DNA of 64,000 bases, taken from Amoebidium appalachense. Its lineage: Eukaryota > Protista > Ichthyosporea. Shown one piece after another: positions 42,516-54,914 of this stretch (the first letter of the stretch is position 1; every line of letters begins with the position of its first letter). Under the pieces are notes generated by a model that did no database searches, was not told the DNA's origin, and was given only the letters and a program-made list of their open reading frames with translations. Both the position numbers and the translations under genes were made by a program. The stretch spans positions 12,180,468-12,244,467 of the forward strand of contig CAVNZM010000004.1 in NCBI GenBank assembly GCA_963693365.1, given 5' to 3'.

Positions 42516-42703
42516 TGGTGGGTGGAAGGAGGGGGGAGAGGGGGGGGGGAGGGGGGGGAGGGGGGGGGCGGGGGTCCACAGTTGTGATCCTTGGCTCAAC
42601 TAGGCACGTCGCACATTGGCAATTTTCCGCTGTGTTGTTCTCCCTCTGTCCCCATTTTTCTTTTTTCTCTGCCTCTGCCTATTTTTCTTTCCCCCCCCCC
42701 CCC

Positions 42704-42735
<32 letters not shown>

Positions 42736-43375
42736 TTGGAACAAGTTGTTGCTTTTCTTTTCTTTTTCCCCCTTTTTTTTTGTTTGGGGGAGGGGGGATT
42801 CTCGATATTCGGTATCAATGTGTGAATGTTTCTTGTGTTCATTTTCAGATTTGTGGTGATAATGTGTTTTTTTTTTTTTGTTTGTTTGTTTGTGTGTTTG
42901 TGTGTATGTTTTTTTCCCCCCCTTTTGCCTGTTTCTTCCTTTCCTTTCTTCTTCTTCTTTGTTTTTGATCCTTTTTTAGCGGTAGCAAGAGGATAGGGGT
43001 TGGGTTTTCTTATGCTGTGGAAGGCAAAAGGGCAAATATTCAACAAATCAGAACAGAAAATAGTATGATTGCTAGTAGATGCCGGGAAACTAGATGAATG
43101 GTGCAGAAGTGGAATGATTGGGGTGGATGGATGGAAGACATGTGCGGGCGGGGATGGAAAATTTGGTGCTTTTTTTTTTGGGGGGGGGGGGGGAGGGGGA
43201 GGAGGAGGAGGAGAGGGGCCGGGGGGGGGGGGGGGGGGGGGGGGGATAAGGGGTCGAGAGAGGGAGGGGATTGTTACAGCGTGCATTTATTACGAATTGA
43301 TAATCGTGGTGTTAAAAATGGGGATAGGTGTGGGGACGGTGGTGGGGTGTGTGTGAGTCCACCCGGGGGTGGGGT

Positions 43376-43435
<60 letters not shown>

Positions 43436-43621
43436 AAGGGAAGTAGGTAGGTAGGTAGGTAGGTAGGTAAGACTAGTAGAATGGCTGAATGTATATGTGA
43501 AACCACAAGGTTTAGTTGAACAGGTGCAGTTACAGGCTGTGGCTTGACCTAGAAGACGTTTGATTGAAACCATATGTCGGGCTGGGAAGGGGAAGGGGGT
43601 GGTTTTTTTTTGGTTTTTTTT

Positions 43622-43652
<31 letters not shown>

Positions 43653-44145
43653 GGGGGAGGGGGGGGGGGGGGGGGGCTTGTCGTCGGACAAGCGGGGACG
43701 GTGTGTGAAACTCCAAGCATGCATGTGTGCTACTTGAATTTGGTATGTATGGTGTTGTTGCTTTTCTTCCTTTGCTCCGTCACCTGCTTTCTGCTTTCTA
43801 ACCCTACTCTGCCTTTACCCCTTCCTCACTGGATCCTAACCTTTGTGTTGATGACATCTGTATGTATTCCGTTGTGGGCCTTGTAGCCTTTCCCCCTTCG
43901 TTGCTGTTTCCTCGTTTGTCCAACTTTCCCCCATATCTCTTCTTCTTCTTCTTCTTCTTCTTCTCTTCTAATTTCGGTGTGTGCTCACACATTGGTGTTC
44001 CCATCACGGTGATGATAGCATTGTAGCGCAACTGCACCATGGGGATGGGCCACCCATGCCCCTCAGTGATTCACACTTCACTGGCTATGGGCCAGTTTTA
44101 ACCCTGCCACCGGTTGGCTGGCAGCAGGCACAGGCCACTTGCCAC
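41015..44145 (+). CDS. Putative farnesoic-acid-O-methyltransferase-like (FAMeT) domain gene, possibly pseudogene; exons 41015-41030, 41738-42010, ~44027-44145
   Basis: MAPKD|ENKHVP...VVFEARGKSMQVYVCD...GYGFFLDGESSTHSTSIRRS, then PLSDSHF(T)/WLWASFNPATGWLAAGTG, which echoes the FAMeT pattern YEI.IGGW.N..S.IRR...LS..EF..FWI.W..G.I.VG.G. Needs a 1-nt frameshift near 44081; 3' end not found. Confidence 0.4.
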
Positions 44146-44290
44146 GTAAGTCCATCCCCCCCCCCCCCCCCCCCCCCCCCCCCCACAAACAACAAAACAA
44201 CCCCCACACCCCCTCACCCCGGATGGGCTGCGCTTGTGCTGCATATCGTTATGTTTTTTGTGCAAAGTTGCAGTGTGTTGTCCATGGTGA

Positions 44291-44362
<72 letters not shown>

Positions 44363-44536
44363 GCACGCACGCACGCACATGCACACACACACAGCCACAT
44401 CCACCACCATATCACCATGAGCGCATGCACTCAAAGAAAGAAACATAGAGAGCTCTAGCTAGAGGAAAGAACCGGGCCTGGTAGGGCCGGAGGCTAAGGC
44501 AGGTGGCAGATAGGGTGTGTTTGGTTGTTGTTGTTG

Positions 44537-44585
<49 letters not shown>

Positions 44586-44699
44586 GGAGGGGGGACATTC
44601 ATGTCCATGCACACACCACATTTCCACCTGCCGACCTTCTTAATCACCTCGTGTGCCAGCCTCAGTCTGTTAGTGGATTTGTTTGGAGGGGATGGGGGG

Positions 44700-44738
<39 letters not shown>

Positions 44739-44958
44739 ATGTATGTGTGTTGGATAACGTGGGGGCAGCAGAGGAAAGGCGGAGGAAGAGGGAGGGGGGG
44801 GGTGGGGGGGGGATAGTCTTAGAATTTGTTCTAGAATTTGTCAGGTGTGCTCTAGAGCCATGTCAAAATTGCGTGCGTACATGTGCTTTTGTTTTTTGTT
44901 ACTGCTCTTTTCAGGTAGGAGGCTTGCCTATTCCTATCACCAACTACCAATTTGCTCA

Positions 44959-44982
44959 TCTTTCCGTCGAATAAATCCAGTC
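44959..44982 (+). mobile_element. Extremely 5'-truncated non-LTR retroelement 3' end with target-site duplication
   Basis: TCTTTCCGTCGAATAAATCCAGTC is identical to 45368-45391 and is flanked by direct repeats AATTTGCTCA (44949-44958 and 44983-44992). Confidence 0.75.
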
Positions 44983-45176
44983 AATTTGCTCACATTCGAC
45001 CTGTGCAGATTGAGATCCGCCGTCAACCCATATAGATATGGGGTTTACGCTGTTTACTCGAGGCAAAGAGAAACCAGTCTCAGGTATGTGGGGGCTTTTG
45101 CTCGGAATATCCCCTCAGCGGTATATCATGATCACGTTCATAGATGTCGGGTGATGACTATATATCAGGGTTTACT

Positions 45177-45407
45177 CTTTCCCTATGGGTATCTGCTACA
45201 CTAGCTGGCAATGTGAACACTTTAGACTTTTTGTTGAATTCTGTTGGTCGTCACATTGAGTATTTATATGATTTTCACACAGTGTTCAGGTATCTCAGTA
45301 TGCACTTGTTACTGGATAACTCGTGAAGTTTTTATTGTCTTCTCAGTATGCCGTGCATACTTGCATATCTTTCCGTCGAATAAATCCAGTCAAAAAAAAA
45401 AAAAAAA
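45177..45407 (+). mobile_element. Poly-A-tailed non-LTR retroelement 3' fragment inserted in the left inverted repeat
   Basis: Ends AATAAATCCAGTC(A)16; 8-bp TSD GGTTTACT (45169-45176 and 45408-45415); the right arm provides the uninterrupted empty site. Confidence 0.9.
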
Positions 45408-45537
45408 GGTTTACTTTCTCTACGAGACACCATAAAGACTACAAAGAGAAATCAATTAGTTGGGGTTCCCCGTTTTTTTAATATTTTTTTTTAGATTTTT
45501 TTTTTAAGGGGCTCCCCTGGGACACTCGGTATCAGCT

Positions 45538-45615
<78 letters not shown>

Positions 45616-45623
45616 CTCGTGCG

Positions 45624-46935
45624 CTAGAATTTTGTAGTGATGTGTTTCTCAAGCCAATCAATACATCTAATAAACAGGTCGTAATTACGCGTGTTTAGTA
45701 TAAAATCAAGGATGTTGTAATTTACAGGTAGGCTATCTTTCTGAGTGTCTGTTGTGAATGTGACGTGTGTGTGTTGCGGTATTATGTGGTCTATCAAAAT
45801 ACATTTGGCGATACATGACCGGTTAAACTGGTGTGTGCGTGTTTTGTTTGGGCATGCAAATGATGCCACCTTATACTTATTAGATCTCCACTGTATAGCA
45901 CGTCTACAGTAAAATCGTGGTAATTGATCAATAATACCATCAGCTAGAGAAAGACCAGTTCTACAGGAAGGTAATATGTATTTAGGTGTTATACATTTGC
46001 GAGTGCCATATTTGGCAATGTGGTTGAGGCGGTCAGTATATATAAAACGAGACATAAGGCTTAGTTTTTCAAGGTGTATGCTTTCATCGGGTAGTGTCGT
46101 GTGGTATCTTTTTCCATTTGTTATATTGCGTGATTATCTTGTGATTGTGTACATGTTTAATAAGTAGCAGTCCAAAGGTGGCAGTCACACACACACTTTT
46201 GCGGGGTTTATTTGTATTTGTGCCCAGGGGAGAAGGGGAGAGAGAGGAAGGAAAGAGGGGAGAGGTGAGGAGGGGACAGGTCGGATAGAGAAGAGAGGGT
46301 GGGAGGGCAAATGCTTCTTTAAGCGGCTTATGTGCTTATTGAATTTCAGCGCGAGATAGGATACTCTAGAAACTATTGGGATCAGACCATATATCGAGAG
46401 CGTTACAGGCCCAGGGGCAACAGTTGTTAGATAGAAAGGAGGCAACTTCTGCTTCAAGGAAATTTGCCAAGGGTGTAAGCGCTCTAGTTCTCTCTTTCTT
46501 GATCCAAGCGGCGAGAAGGGGTAAACCATATTCACATGCCGGGAAGACAAAAGTGCGAATAAATGTAAGTCTAATAGAAGGATGGAGGGGTGTGTCTTTA
46601 AAAATATTAGCCGAGAAGAAAGCTAACCGCTTACGAGCCAACTCTACCCTCTTTTCGACCATATGGGAAAACATAACACCAACAGAATTAACCGGAACAC
46701 CAAGATATTTGTATTCTGGAACTATAGGTACAGGTTTAGATGATAATGTAAATGTGTGTAAATTGTTAGCTATATCAGGTACAAGAACACCACATTTGTC
46801 TATGTTAAGGCTCATAAGGTTTGCCTTGCACCACTCTGACACTACATCGAACAATCTTTGCAGGCGTCTAGGGGTACGGGCAAGGAGGGACAGATCATCA
46901 GCATAGAGAAGTGCATAGATATCCACCACCCGTCT
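45624..46935 (-). pseudogene. Non-LTR retrotransposon RT, C-terminal half (5'-truncated, frameshifted)
   Basis: ALLYADDLSLLA...LQRLFD...MSLNIDKCGVL...EYKYLGV...FVFPACEYG. Continues in shifted frames (IYGLIPIVSRVSYLALKF; IQWRSN...CP...HQFNRSCIAKC...YNILDFILN) to a stop at 45624. Confidence 0.88.
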
Positions 46936-47343
46936 ACAAGAATTTGGATCGTTCGACACGGTGAACGGAGGTAACACTTGCACTGTGAACAACCCTTCTT
47001 CCCCCGACTCCATTCCCCCCCTCCTCTCCCAAACACCATTTCCAAAACTCCGCACCGACTCGCCGACCGAGACACATACGAGTCCACACCTTTCCTCTGT
47101 CTCTGTCTGGTTCTCTCTCCCATTTCTCTATTCTCTGTGTGTGTCTAAGTGTGTTTGTGCACGTGTGTGTGTGCGTTTCTGGGTGTGTGCATGTGTACGT
47201 GTGTGCCTGTGTGCATGCGTTGGTGTGTGTGTGGTGTGTGTGGCTGTGCGTGTGTACACGTGCGATTGTGTGCCCCCATGTGTTAACATGTGATGAACAT
47301 GTGTTTGTGTGTGTGGGTGTGCGGCGTGTGGGTGTGCGTGTGG

Positions 47344-47412
<69 letters not shown>

Positions 47413-47459
47413 ATATGACTATCACCATGCAACAGATTCAACATATCCATGTACAACAT

Positions 47460-47513
<54 letters not shown>

Positions 47514-47561
47514 CACACACACACACACAACCAGCTGATACCGAGTGTCCCAGGGGAGCCC

Positions 47562-47599
<38 letters not shown>

Positions 47600-47838
47600 G
47601 GGGAACCCCAACTAATTGATTTCTCTTTGTAGTCTTTATGGTGTCTCGTAGAGAAAGTAAACCCTGATATATAGTCATCACCCGACATCTATGTACGTGA
47701 TCATGATATACCGCTGAGGGGATATTCCGAGCAAAAAACCCCCCATACCTGAGACTGGTTTCTCTTTGCCTCGAGTAAACAGCGTAGGCCTAAACCCCCT
47801 ACACACCAGCAACACAAACACGCAGTGATTCTGAAGGT

Positions 47839-47858
47839 GGGTTCAATTCCCGGCCAAT
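47839..47858 (+). pseudogene. tRNA-Gly 3' fragment (T arm and acceptor strand)
   Basis: GGGTTCAATTCCCGGCCAAT matches 19 of 20 nt of the 3' part of the tRNA-Gly at 10579-10649; no 5' half is visible. Confidence 0.45.
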
Positions 47859-48774
47859 CCTCTTTCTTTATTTTCACCAGTTGGTCTACCCTCCAATATA
47901 GAGTGTACTGATAGTCTTACATCAGATACCCTTACTTGTGCCATGTTCTAGCCGCAGCAATGCTAGTGGGGAAGTGAACACAGCTCACTTTAAAGTTCCC
48001 TCTGATATTATGGGGCTAAGGCGCTACTAATGTCAATTAGAGAGTGTACACACCAATCAAATGAGCGCCAATCCTGCGCAACGTCTGATGTGACTCATGT
48101 GGCCACATCAGTGCGTTTTCGAGACTAGAGACCACAAAAGTAAAAAAAAAACTCAAAACAATGTTACACACAGGAAAATATCTCTTTAACTTTGCTTCAG
48201 ATACTTTGAGTTGCAACAACGTAGCGCATTGCTAGAGCGACTTTCACTAACTTAGGCTTGCTGGTCCCGCCGAGAGTTAGTATACTCGTGCATACGCCGC
48301 AATGCAAAAATTGAATTTACAATCTTATGGAAAGACGTCACACAATCCTAGAAAGGAAGTTGTACTACTTTGAATGCCGTCAGATTGCGCATGATAGCTA
48401 GCGAATCGAACCTGGTATCAAACTTGCATTTGGTTGGTGTATACACGGACTATGTGGCAATTAGGACGCGTTAGCCCTATAATATCGGAGGGAACTTTAA
48501 CAACACCAGCCGGCAGCGACCCGGGACACATACACAAACTTAAAGACTTGAAAGGGAAGACCCCATGCCCAGGACGCTGGCCCGAACCGTGGCCGGTGAC
48601 TCGGACTTGAACGTTGGGCCGGGATGCCCAAGCGGCGCGCCGTCGACGTCAGAAGGCCGGTGCTGTTTATGACGTCATGTCTTGCGGCCGGATGATAACA
48701 AATTGGTGGTGCTGCTTGGGTGATGGCTACTAGGGGGCGGCCAGACCGGTGGACCGTCGAGGCAGAACAAAAAT

Positions 48775-48848
48775 CGGAAGTAACCAGGATCGATCCTGCG
48801 ACTTTGAGCTTGACACGCAGAGATCTTACCATTGCACCAACCCGCGCC
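48775..48848 (-). pseudogene. tRNA-like sequence (GTC anticodon, Asp-like): tRNA pseudogene or tRNA-derived SINE head
   Basis: Minus strand shows A box TGGTGCAATGGT, a loop containing TGTCA, T-arm-like CAGG-ATCGAT-CCTG and then TTTTT. Acceptor and anticodon stems pair poorly. Confidence 0.55.
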
Positions 48849-50492
48849 CTCCCCTGACACTCCATAAGTTATCAATATTTACGGCTACCTAGGCAATATC
48901 GCACCTGAAAAAGAGAGGGATCTGGAGCGATGGAATTGGTTAACAGCAAACCTGTACAGCCATTTTATTGGCTGACGAGGGTTTTTCCGACATCTTAGTC
49001 GCAAAAGTTCATGACCGGATCTTGCCGATTAGCAAAATCGCTGCTTTACGGCTACCTAGGCATATCATACGCGGGCTAATGCTTCGATGTTTTGCTTTTT
49101 TCTGGCCAACCGGTACCGTGGCTGAGGAATTCACAGCAAGACCTTCTGAATAGCACACCTTTGTGCAGCACTTAGGTGTGTGTACACGTGGTGTGCTGTA
49201 GAGCAGGCCTTGATTCACAGGGCTGGTCAGAGAGACGCGTTCGTTGTAACAATGTTGATCTTGGAACGTGATCTCAAGATCTCAATAATTAGCCAATCCG
49301 CAATTCGAGTCTCTTCGCAATTGGATTATTTTATCATGATTAGATCCCTGTTGGGTCAACTTGATTGGTTGTAGTTTTGCCACTAGAAACAGCCTAGGCC
49401 GCAGATCTCATGTGAAACACACCTCGGTGCACGTGCACACCGAACCCTAAACTTGAGCATGGATTGAATTCGCGTTTCTGCATGACAAAATTGAATACTA
49501 AAAACATTACCGTTCATGCAATTGCCCCCATTCTTTTTACAAGCTCGGCACCGGATGTTTCTATCTGGCTTGTGTGCGCATCGGTCACTGCACACTGCGC
49601 AGGCTTTATGGGCGTGGCCGCCTGCCTTGCAATGGCAAGCAGGCTAGAGACCAGGTTGGGACTGTTACAGGGACACTAATATAGTTCGTCACATACAGTA
49701 TCACGCACTCATCAAAAAGAAAGCCAGTGCACGCGTGTGTGCGTGGAACCCTGGTTTCATACACCACGGACGCAGCAGGCCCTTCCAGAAGCCACATGCA
49801 TAGACCGGCGACTGCGTCACTTTCCTTTGGTGCACAGGACAGTACTGTCACATGAAACCGGCTCAACTTGCCAAGTTGTCTGCTGGCCATGGCCTGTACA
49901 CGTGTACATATATATGCAGGCCTATGGTTTTGGCTCTTTGAAATCTCTTGAGTAATAGAAGCTTCTGGGGCTACCGATAGCCATGATGAGTGGGCTTAAC
50001 ATGTACATATTCTCGAAGGTTAGCTATATAGCCAATAGTTCCAGGCATCCAGGGCTTCAACAATTCTCATTTGGTACTGGTACCTCGTGGTGGAGCACGA
50101 CTCTCGTGTGCTGTACGCACCCACCATGCCATTGCATTGTTAATAATAATGAATCGAGGTGATTGACGCACTATCTAATGTGGCTTAACCGAAAAACACT
50201 CCTCAGTAACTGGCTATTCTGACGTGGAACGTATGTGCTGAACGTATGTACATACGTAATGATTTTACTTCGGCCTGTACGTACTAGAAACTCAATGTTG
50301 TACGTACAGATGTACATGTGTGGAGCTATTACCCTCTATATGTGTGTAAATATTGAGCCTAAGCACCCTTGGGACTTCTGCCCTCTCACGTATATTCGTT
50401 AATAAAGTTGTCCAGATACACTGCGGGCTAAGACATAAGTGCTATTCATCCCATCACAGCTTATAAAACCCCTGCTGGCAACTGCATCTGAC

Positions 50493-51495
50493 ATGGGTGC
50501 CCACGACCAAAAATCAATGGCTGGCCCAGACGCTTGTGGGTGTAGCCCCAACCACTTGTCAGGGGGTGGCCAAGTGCACCCCAAAGACAATACCTATATT
50601 ACTTCACGTCTACCCACCCCACCCTTATCTCCTAGGGACCAAAAGGAGACGTCTTTTGAAACTTTACCAATGGGCTGCCAACACAGTTCCCGTCACCTTG
50701 TGCGTCGCATCCCTTCGCTTCATTCAGCAGCAGAATGGTATGCACGGTGGACCTTTATTCTTTTGTGTGCAGCAACGGTTTTCTTTGTTCCTGGCGGCAT
50801 TTTTGTTGCACTGGGTCTTTTCATATCCCGCTATGTCTACTACAAAACAGTGCTGCGCCCTGCATACAAGTTCCCACCACTCCAGGCACCCTGCCATGAA
50901 GGTACCTTTGTTGCAAGAGATGGAATCAAGTTGAAGTATTTCTTTGTGCGACCTCTGGAAGAAAACGAGGGGGCAGAGGCATGCAATGCAACCACTTTCA
51001 CCAATGCCGAGAATGCCAAAGCACTGCGGGGCAAAAAGGTGCTTCTTTTCTCCAACGGGGTTGGCGCCACACTCGACCATATCCGCATCGTTGTTGACAG
51101 GTCCCAATCCCCCCCCCCCCCCCCCAAACAAAAAAGAAAGGAACCCCCCCCCCCCCCCCCCCCGAGAGAAAAAAGACCATATTTGCTCGTGTGCACACAC
51201 ATTCACCCACACACCCACACACCACACAAACACATCTCCAGGGCCTCTCAGAGCTTGGGGATCACTTCCTGTATTCAGATCGAATCATGCCGGGATGCAG
51301 GCACAGTTCACATAACAGTATATCATTGTTTTGATTATTCGAGAATTACTGCTGCCGCGAGAATCCGCGGTACGCGTGCATCTAGGGCAAAGGGTTATTT
51401 GGTCGTGCTAAATCACGTGTATACATCTGGATGCAACCCCTTCCCCCCGCCCCCTTCCCCCCTCCGTGGCCCCACCTTGGAACACGCACGTGCTG

Positions 51496-51551
<56 letters not shown>

Positions 51552-52635
51552 CCCCCTCTCCCCCCCCCCCCCCCCCCCCCCCCCCAGAAAAAAAGAAAGA
51601 AAGAAAAGGAAGAGAAGAAAAGAAAAAAAAAAGAGAGGTAAAAAAGGTAAGAAAGGCAAGTAACGGTATAACTCGGAGCCTGAACTTGTCCCCTTCCCCC
51701 AATCCCTCTCCCCCTCCCCCCCTTCCCCCCCTCCCCCCTGCCCCCCCCTCACTCACCCACCGCCCATAGCCGTTCACTCAAGCGGTCCCACGCAACCACC
51801 AACACACACATATGCGCACACACAAACACACACACACACACACATACATCCCTGTGCAACACACACATTGTGGCAGCCACCCGATTAGAACGTCTGGCAA
51901 GGAAAAGAAGAAAAGCCTCCTTCTCCCCCTCTTATACCGTTTACCTTTCCCCCCCTCTCTCCCCCCGTGCCCCAACACCATCATCCACACGCGCTTGCCC
52001 ACACACACTGTGCACACACACAAACCCACAAACACAGACACACACAAACACACTCACCCACTCATTCCAAAGCCCCCTTTTCTTCTCCGAGATTCAGGGA
52101 AGGAACAAAAACTTTTCCTAATCGTCCAAGAGAGAAAGAAATTTTAAGACCAGTCAGCTGCAGCTCCCTCAACCCAGTCTGAAACAAAAAATCACACAAA
52201 AAAAATGCAACAATCACCGGAGTGCCGCGGAGGTGCAGATACAAGTCACATACTCTTTATTTGAAGAGAAAAACATTGTGACCAGTCTCCACATTTCCGA
52301 CATTTTGTAACACTAAGACTCAACACTAACCGCCCACCCCACAGGTTTGTTCCATTGGGCTATGTTGTTCTGTCATGGGACTACAGGGGCCTGCATGGGT
52401 CGCAGGCACCCAGCCGTGTGAGCGCCCTGTCGATGAGGGACCATGCCGAGGATGCCCGTGAGCTGTTAGACACGCTGCATGTGGACTGTGTGCATGCATT
52501 CATGGGCTGGAGCACAGGCGTTCAGGTACCGTGTGCACTTTTGTTTTGGGCCGATTCTTTGGACCCTTCCCTTCCTTACCCTTCCCCTACCCCCCCCTCC
52601 CTCCTCTTCTCGCTCTCTCTTCCCGCCCCCTCTCT

Positions 52636-52666
<31 letters not shown>

Positions 52667-52792
52667 CTCCTCCCAACACCCCAACACCCGAACACCCCGG
52701 TCATGCGGGTGGAACCGACCATCAGAAGCAACACCAACTTTTCTGATCCAAGATGTAGAATCCAATATCTCTTTCTCTCTCTCTCTCTTTCT

Positions 52793-52873
<81 letters not shown>

Positions 52874-52968
52874 CTCTCTCTCTCTCTCCCTTTCTCTCTC
52901 CCCCCCCCCCCCCCCCGTCTCCCCCCACTTCCCCTCTCCCACCACCACCACAAAAAAAAGAAAACCTT

Positions 52969-53000
<32 letters not shown>

Positions 53001-54858
53001 CCCCCCCCCCCCCCCCCCCCCCCCACCCCGCCCCCCACTCCCCCCCCCCTCCCCTCCCCTCCCCCCCCCCCCCCCCCCAAGAAAAGCCCACCCCCCCCCC
53101 CCTCCCTCCCCCCCCGCCCCCATCCCCTCCGTCCCAACTACTACTCATACACACACCGTGAACCCTTGTATTTTGCTGGCATACATTCGAGATCTCCTGA
53201 CTAGCACTCATCGATCTATTCATGCAAGTTCTTGATTACGTTAACTGCTACTTTTCTACTCCGTCCATCCTTCTGGTCACCCCCTACTCTATGCCCGGCT
53301 TTAACCTCCCTTTATTCGATTCCTCCGCCCCCTCCCCACCCCCTCCTCCCCACCCACCCGCCCACCCTCCCACCCTCCCACCCTCCCCCCTCCCCAAGCT
53401 CCCCACCACCACCCCTCTCTCTACCCAGGCCCTCACCCCCATGCACTCATGAGGACACTTTCGCACACACACAATCATGCACGTGGCAAACACACACACA
53501 CAGTCCCACGGCCCCCATCGATATTCCGTTTCACTCTCTGCCCCCCCCCCCCCCCCCCCCCCCACCCACCCTTTTGGGTTCTCCCATGTCCACCTTCCTC
53601 TTTTCCCTCAAACCATGCAATTTACTGAGTTCAAAAACATGTCGTTACCCAATATATTCTGATGTGTCATTGTTATGTCTCCACAGACGGGCCTTGAATT
53701 TGCGGGGTTATATCCCGACCGTCTATCTCGTCTGGTGCTTTTCAACGGCAACCACAGCCACAGCCTGTCCAGTGCCTTCATGCCTCTCTGCCGGCTGCCT
53801 CTTGCCCGGGATATCTACCATCTATCTCTCAACTATCTCTTCGTCCCAATTGCGTCCATGGTGGGCCCGGCCACGGAGAGGTTTTTCGACACGGTGTACC
53901 CATTGGTGTGTCCTGCTACGGTCCAGGTAGCCCTCCCTACACACCCCCACTCTATGCCCCCTCTCCACACGCCCGTAAACGTGGGCGTGGGCGCAGGCAA
54001 AAACATGCGCACGCGCAGGCATCACATCCACGTGCACACATACAACACAACATATTACACACACCACCCATCCACCCACCCACCCATTTGTGCCTCATAT
54101 CAAACCCCTGATCTCCCTCCCTCCAGACCACTGAAAACCTTCTTGCCGCCTCGTCCCCCTGCGAACCCCCCCCTCCCCACCCCCTCTCCAACCCCCCGGC
54201 CTCCCCGGGGCTCCACCCCGCCCTCTCCCTTCCCATTATCCCTCCCGTCCCCTCTCCCCCCCACCCCCTCCCCCCTTCCCCTCCCCCCCCCCTCCCCCCC
54301 CCCTCCTTCCCCTCTTCCCCCTTTCCCCCCCCCCCCTTCCCCCCCCCCCCCCCCCCCTTACCGAGCCACCTGCTCCTGGACCCACCCCCCATTCCCTCCA
54401 CAACCTCCGACGAGATATATGCAGTCGGGACCCCCATACCATAATCCCACCAACTGCCCCTAATACTGTTTTGCTCACTCTCATATGCCCTTTGCAGGTG
54501 TGGGCGGCACTGTACGGGCAGCCCCTGATCGAGCACGTAGTGACAGTCTACCTAAAGGCCCTATTCAGTCTCAGCCCCAGCCATGCCACCAGCTATCTGC
54601 GCATCTGCCAGCAGCTGGACAACCAATCAGTGCTGGCCTCTGTGCCCGAAATAGAAACCCCGGCACTATTGGTCAGCGCCATGCTCGACATGATGACTCC
54701 CTGCTGGCAGATGTACGACCTGGAGGTCTGGACCAACCCCCCCTCCCCCCAACAAAAAAAAAGCGAAAAAAAAACCCTTTCATCCCCCCCCCCCCCCCCC
54801 CCCCCCCCTACCCCCCATAAAAAACAGAAAATAAAACAAAATAAAAGATAAACACACG

Positions 54859-54914
<56 letters not shown>

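Larger units (their letters stand above)
45040..47798 (-). mobile_element. Inverted-repeat-bounded element carrying a LINE-type reverse transcriptase remnant
   Basis: Left arm 45040-45176 plus 45416-45606 is the reverse complement of right arm ~47460-47798 (~270 bp plus (CA)n). The interior holds the RT. No TSD is evident. Confidence 0.85.

Noticed and set aside
44062-44075. In-frame TGA as possible selenocysteine in the FAMeT-like exon
   Set aside because: A single-base indel explains the frames better and no SECIS was seen.
47790-47799. Telomere-like CTAAACCC at the element end
   Set aside because: Single unit only, no array.
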